Source: Saprolegnia diclina VS20
Lineage: Eukaryota
DNA length: 64,000 nt
Direction: 5' to 3'
Assembly (NCBI RefSeq): GCF_000281045.1
Contig: NW_008246075.1
Coordinates: 777,344 to 841,343, forward strand
How positions within the stretch are numbered: position 1 is the first letter of the stretch; each line of letters starts with the position of its first letter. Shown in pieces: positions 59,155-64,000 of this stretch. The notes under the pieces are model-generated. The model was not told where the DNA came from and did not search any database. It was given only the letters and a program-made list of their open reading frames with translations. The position numbers and the translations under genes are program-made.

Positions 59155-61795
59155 CTAGTTGGTACTCTTGGGCGCGAGGCTCCAGCGGCGCATCTTGTCG
59201 GCGTGCGCAGCAATCGCGCTGTCGTCCTGCGTCATCGCGAGAGCCTTTTGCGCAAAGCCGTACGTGCGCTTGAGTTCGCGAACGTCGACGTCCGTTGTCG
59301 ACGTGAGGCCGCTCGAGTTGGTCAAGCTCAGCGTCGGCTGGACGACGTCATCGACCACGAGCCGCGCTTCCAGCGGCGACAAGAACGCGTTGACAAAGCC
59401 AGGGATCTCGCGCACTTGGTTCTTCTTCTCGCCGGCTTTGACCGCCGCCAGCATCGCGCGCTGCACCAGTTGCATGTTGGGCACGAGGTCGGCTGCGAGC
59501 ATCTTGTCGAGGACATCGCGGACGACCGCCAATGGCGCCCGGGGGTAGAGCGCGAGGAGCGCACTGCGAAAGACGCTCGGGTACGGGTGCGCGTCGATGT
59601 GGGCAAAGAGCGCGTCGTACTTGCCCGCGTCGGCGAGACCTTGGGCGATCGGCGCCGCGAGAAGCCACGGCTGGTTCACGTGCGAGAGGCGCGCGTTGGC
59701 TTCGGCGTACAGCGCTTGGGCGTGCGGGACGCGCTTGCCGACGACGAGGACGTCGAGGATCTTGCCGTACGTTTGCTCGGGCAGCACATCATGGTCGCAT
59801 TTCGACGCTTTCAAGTAGAGCTGCGCGAGCGTCGAGCGATACCCCGAGTAGTAGAGTGTATTGGCGACCGCGTCAATCATCTCGTACGTCGGTTCGAAGT
59901 GCTGCTTGTCCATGAGGAGGCGGAGACTTGCGTTGAGCGACTTGCCGAGGCGCAAGAGCTGGTCGTGCTTTTGCTTCTCGGACAGATGCGGCATCCCGCG
60001 CTGGAAGAGCGAGTACTTTGTCGGGTCGAACCAAAACGAGTGGAACGCCTTGGGCGACAGCATGTACTGGGCATCGACAATACTCTTGATGAGCTTGTCG
60101 TAGTCGTCGTAGCGCTGCGCCTTGATGCACACGCGGAGGGTATCAAAGAAGACGGTCTCGCGCATCTGCCGCGCCTTCATCGGGTCCCGGAGATGGTACT
60201 CCATGTACGTCTGGAGCTCGTAGATCGCTGCATCGGCGTCGCACACGTAGAGGAAGACGGGAAACATCCGCCCGGGGCTGAGCATCGGGACACCTTGGAA
60301 GCGCGCAGCCTTGTACGCGGCCATTGCGCGGTCCGGATCCGCAATCATAAATTTGCCGGTTTTGTCGGCGACGCGATTGGCGTAGTGGCGCATGGCGGTT
60401 TGCAGCGCGACGCCCGAGCTCGACCACGTCGACGTCGTCAGATGCGCGAGAAGCGCATCGACCTTGTGGTCGTCGCCCGCGTAGATGAATGCGCGCATGA
60501 CTGCATCCAGCGTCTGCATGTGCAGCGGTGTCTTTTGCTCGGTGAGAAGCTCAGAAGCCAGCGTCGACGCCGACGCATAGTCCTCGTGGTGCAGAAAGAG
60601 GTCGAGTTGTGTCGCACTCGGGTCCTTGAGGCCCGTCGAACTACAACACACATGTATTAACTCACTTGGTATGGCGCTTTTGCTTATACTTGAACGCATT
60701 GGTCATCGACGGCTTGCTGTGGGGCGTCGCGCGGGATGCATACTGGCACCGACGCAAGATGAACTCCGTCTTCGAGTCCGACTTGATGCCATGCTCGGCC
60801 ATCTCGTTGAGAATGTCGCCGATCTCGTCGACGCGATCGAGGATCAAGAGCGCCTCGAGGATCGTGTTGTAGCCGCTCGCGTCCAATGTGATGTTGAAGA
60901 GGCTTCGGTTCTTTAGCACGTCGGCTGTCTCCTTCAAGCACTTGTTCCGGACGCAAATTTCGAGCAGCGTCCGGAACGTCGACGGGTCGAGCTCCATGGT
61001 CGAGAGCGAGTAGAACTGAAAGGCTTCTTCCGGGCAGCCGACGCGCCCGAGCGACGTCATGAGCCGGTTGAGCGCCACGGGCGTCCAAATGCCCATGGTC
61101 GCGTCCACGAGCTCGTAGAGCGCAAGGACTCCTTCCTTGTCGTTGGCGAGCGCGAGGTTGTACATGATGCGCGTGACCGTGTCGTTTGGCACCATGTAGC
61201 CGGCGTGGCGCATCTCGACGAGGAGGGCGTGCGCGCGGTCAAACTGCCCGAGGTCGTTGAGCGCGCTGAGCGCCCAGACGTAAAAGATGGCCTGCGGGTG
61301 CGAGTGCGACGCCCGCTCGTCCTCAAAGATCTCGAGCATCGCTTCGAGGCGCTTCGAGCGCAGGAACGCGACCTTGGACTCGATGTAGTGCTTGATCTTG
61401 ACGTCCTTTGGGTAGTTGGCACGCAGCTGGAGGAGCGACTCGATGATGACATAGTCGGCTTCCGTGGCTTTGGCGGCCGCAAAGAACATTTGCAAGTCCA
61501 TCGACGACGGCGCCGGCGTGCTTGCGCAGAACTCGGTCCACGTGTGGCGTACCTGCTTGGCGCGCGAGAAGAAGCCGGCGCTGCCGTGCTTCTTGAGGAT
61601 CTCTTGCTTGGTCGACTGCCCGAGCTGCTTGACTTCGAGCACCGAGAGCATTTTGGTCGGCGCGCGCTGGGACGGCGGCGTCGCAAAGTACCGCGTTGCA
61701 GGCAGTTGGAAGGGCGCCATGTGCATCGCCGGCGACGCGGCCGCGACGCGGAGGCTGGCGGCGCGCTGCAGCGATCGCGCGACGTGGCGAAACAT
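59155..61795 (-). CDS. Pentatricopeptide-repeat (PPR) protein, probably mitochondrial, 2 exons
   Basis: Presequence MFRHVARSLQRAASLR...TRYFA and PPR motifs (YVWALSALNDLGQFDRAHALLVEMRHAG; GYNTILEALLILDRVDEIGDILNEMAEHGIKSD). A 49-nt intron at about 60641-60689 joins the two large ORFs in frame. Confidence 0.82.
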
Positions 61796-63304
61796 GATGC
61801 TCGAGAGTGCTGGAAGCGTGCTGAACGAGTGGTTCTGTTGCCGGACCGAGCGCGATGCCATTGGCCACATTTCAACCAATCCTATGCTTCAGAAGAAGAA
61901 GCACGATGTGGATTGGACGAAAAGCGCCTTCCGTTTTCAGGGATGCAGTAAGGCCGCCCGCCGGCCGCGTGCTTCCGTCTGCCAGCGAGTACGAGGACGA
62001 GGCGGCGGTGGATGGGTGGTCGCTGCAGCGGCGGCTAACGACGTCGGTGTCGTGAGGACGCACCGTGCAGGCGTATCGTGCTTGCCCCCACGGCTGCAAA
62101 GCTTGCCTCCGAGAGATAAAGAGGCGAGGTGGCAGATAATCTGGGATTCCAAAGCCATTCGCCCGGAGGTTTTCCGGGATGGGGGCGCTCGAATTCCGGA
62201 CGATGTACGGTTAGTTATTTGCCATCGTGGCGAATGCCAGCCAATGAGGAGCTTGGTGCGCCAAGCGCCCCGGCAATGGCCAATCAAATGCGTGGATACC
62301 AAACCCAACAACCAATAGAATCGCTGGTTACCAACTTGACACACCATTCACATTGGCCTTTCAGTATGTGAAAGGCCCCACCACTCGGAGAGGTGATTGA
62401 CAAGCTTTCATCGCTTGCGTTGAGTATGATGCGACGCATGTTGCCGCAAACTCGTGCATGCCTTCGTGTGTACAACTAGAATCAGCGCAAGACAAAGATA
62501 AAGGGAGGAAGCGAAACATCTTGATAACTTGAGCAGCGCATTAGGAGCATACGGGGTCGCTGGACCACGTGGTCGTGCCCACGGTTGCCAACTGCGCTAC
62601 ACTGGCGCGGTACATCGCCCGGAAGCGTCGCGACGTGCCGCCAGTGCATGTGGAGGTGACCTTGAGATCTGAGCGAATGAAGCCACAAGGCTCGTCGAGG
62701 ACATCGACTTCTTCGTAGGCCGCACCGCAGTCGTAGTCGTCTGTCTTTGGACCAGCTTTGGCAGCGACAGTGGTGAGCTTTGAGCTCGGCAAGCGGGAAG
62801 CACGAGCGTTGGACTTCATCTGCAAAGGTGGCGTGGCGCTTTAGATGATGCGCGCAGTAGTTTTAGTGTCTGGCACAAGAGCCGCGCCCGAGACGTGGCC
62901 GCTGCTACTGCTGTGGCTTATTTGTGCGGCTGGGATCGGGGCGGACGCGCGCAACATCCATGTCAATCAAATAAAAAATAGACGATCGCAACTACCGCCT
63001 CTAGCATTTGATATTCCATATTCGTTGTGAGAGGCAAGGTGCTCAACAAATTGCGTCGGCGGCTGCCAAAAGCCAAATGTCCACCAATCAGAAGCCATTT
63101 ATTCGCCCACAGCCACCAATCAGATCGCTGGTTACCGCTATGATTCCAGAGATTTGGCAGCCTCGCCGCGATAAAGATGCTTCGAGAAGCACGAGACCCA
63201 GGGTCCTTGAGGCGGCAGGTGGGGCAGCGGAAGCATGGAATGTTGGGGATGTCTTTTAGAATTCAGATTTACATGCAGCTATTACTGTAGTGTCGACGCC
63301 ATCT

Positions 63305-64000
63305 CTAGTAATCGTGGCTGTCGCGGCGACCGCGGCGCTGGAAGTCGCGGCCACCGTCCTTGCCACGGCCACCGTAGCCGTGCTCACCACGCGTGCGGCC
63401 ATAGCCGCGGCTCGAGTCGCGGTCGTACTGCGGGCGGGCAGGGCGGTCCTCGCGGTTGCGGGCAAAGGCAACGCGGATCGCCTGGCCGTCCAAGTCGGCA
63501 CCCGAGAGCTTGATCGCGCTGTCAACCGAGTCCGTGTCAACAAAGTTGACGTACGCAAAGCCGCGGAGCTCCTGCGTGTCACGGTCGACCGCGATGTGCA
63601 CGCGCTCGATCTCACCGCAGTGGGCAAACATGTCGTTGAGCATGCCCGAGTTGACGTCCGCCGAGATGTTGCCGACGTACACCGACTTGCAGCCGTCCGG
63701 CTTGGCGACGCGCTTCTGCGAGTTGTTGGTCTTGTGCGAGTAGTTGACGCGGAGCGTGCGGCCGTTGAACTCGGATTCGTCGAGCTCGAGCGCCTTGTCC
63801 GTCGAGTCGGTGTGCACAAACTCGACAAAGCCGTAGCCCAAGACGCGGCCCGTGTCCTTGTCCTTCGGGAAGTAGATCGAGCTAATGTCGCCGCAGTGGG
63901 CAAACATCTCGCGGATGCTGTCTTCCGTCACGTTGTACGGCACGTTAGCGAAGCGGATGCTCGTGCAGCCTTCCGGCTTTTCGGTGCTGGCCGGCGCGCG
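63305..64000 (-). CDS. Multi-RRM RNA-binding protein (nucleolin/NSR1-like), 5' part outside the window
   Basis: IRFANVPYNV...LGYGFVEF and VYVGNIS...RGFAYVNF, with an RG-rich tail. Confidence 0.85.
   Translation of the reverse strand, partial: RAPASTEKPEGCTSIRFANVPYNVTEDSIREMFAHCGDISSIYFPKDKDTGRVLGYGFVEFVHTDSTDKALELDESEFNGRTLRVNYSHKTNNSQKRVAKPDGCKSVYVGNISADVNSGMLNDMFAHCGEIERVHIAVDRDTQELRGFAYVNFVDTDSVDSAIKLSGADLDGQAIRVAFARNREDRPARPQYDRDSSRGYGRTRGEHGYGGRGKDGGRDFQRRGRRDSHDY

Overview
Gene-dense, GC-rich eukaryotic DNA with many very short (about 40-55 nt) GT-AG introns, oomycete-type INR/FPR core promoters and oomycete-style gene families. This points to an oomycete, probably Saprolegniales (inferred, not searched). 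About 30 protein-coding genes can be reconstructed: P5C reductase, TANGO6/Rtp1, an F-box-LRR-ankyrin protein, RluA-type pseudouridine synthase, Nuf2, beta-carbonic anhydrase, a 2xRRM Gly/Tyr-rich RNA-binding protein, Kdo transferase (WaaA/KdtA), a tandem-SET protein, a PX protein, isocitrate lyase, PPTase, kinesin-5, a START-like/FYVE protein, an MGRN1-like RING E3, a NIMA/NEK kinase, UBA1, a MORN protein, BiP, ankyrin and PPR proteins, a partial RRM protein and several uncharacterised genes. I found no tRNA, rRNA, CRISPR array or intact transposon. There is one 100-N assembly gap beside a (CTAT)n microsatellite. The most notable observations are: a lipid-A-pathway Kdo transferase directly downstream of a compact double-SET gene, with a possible in-frame fusion splice; a recurrent paired TATCCGGA motif in intergenic DNA; inverted UPRE elements upstream of BiP; a probable poison-exon intron in the RRM gene; and an intronic minisatellite of E2F-like sites in UBA1. 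Exon boundaries were inferred by eye, and coordinates of multi-exon genes give the overall span.
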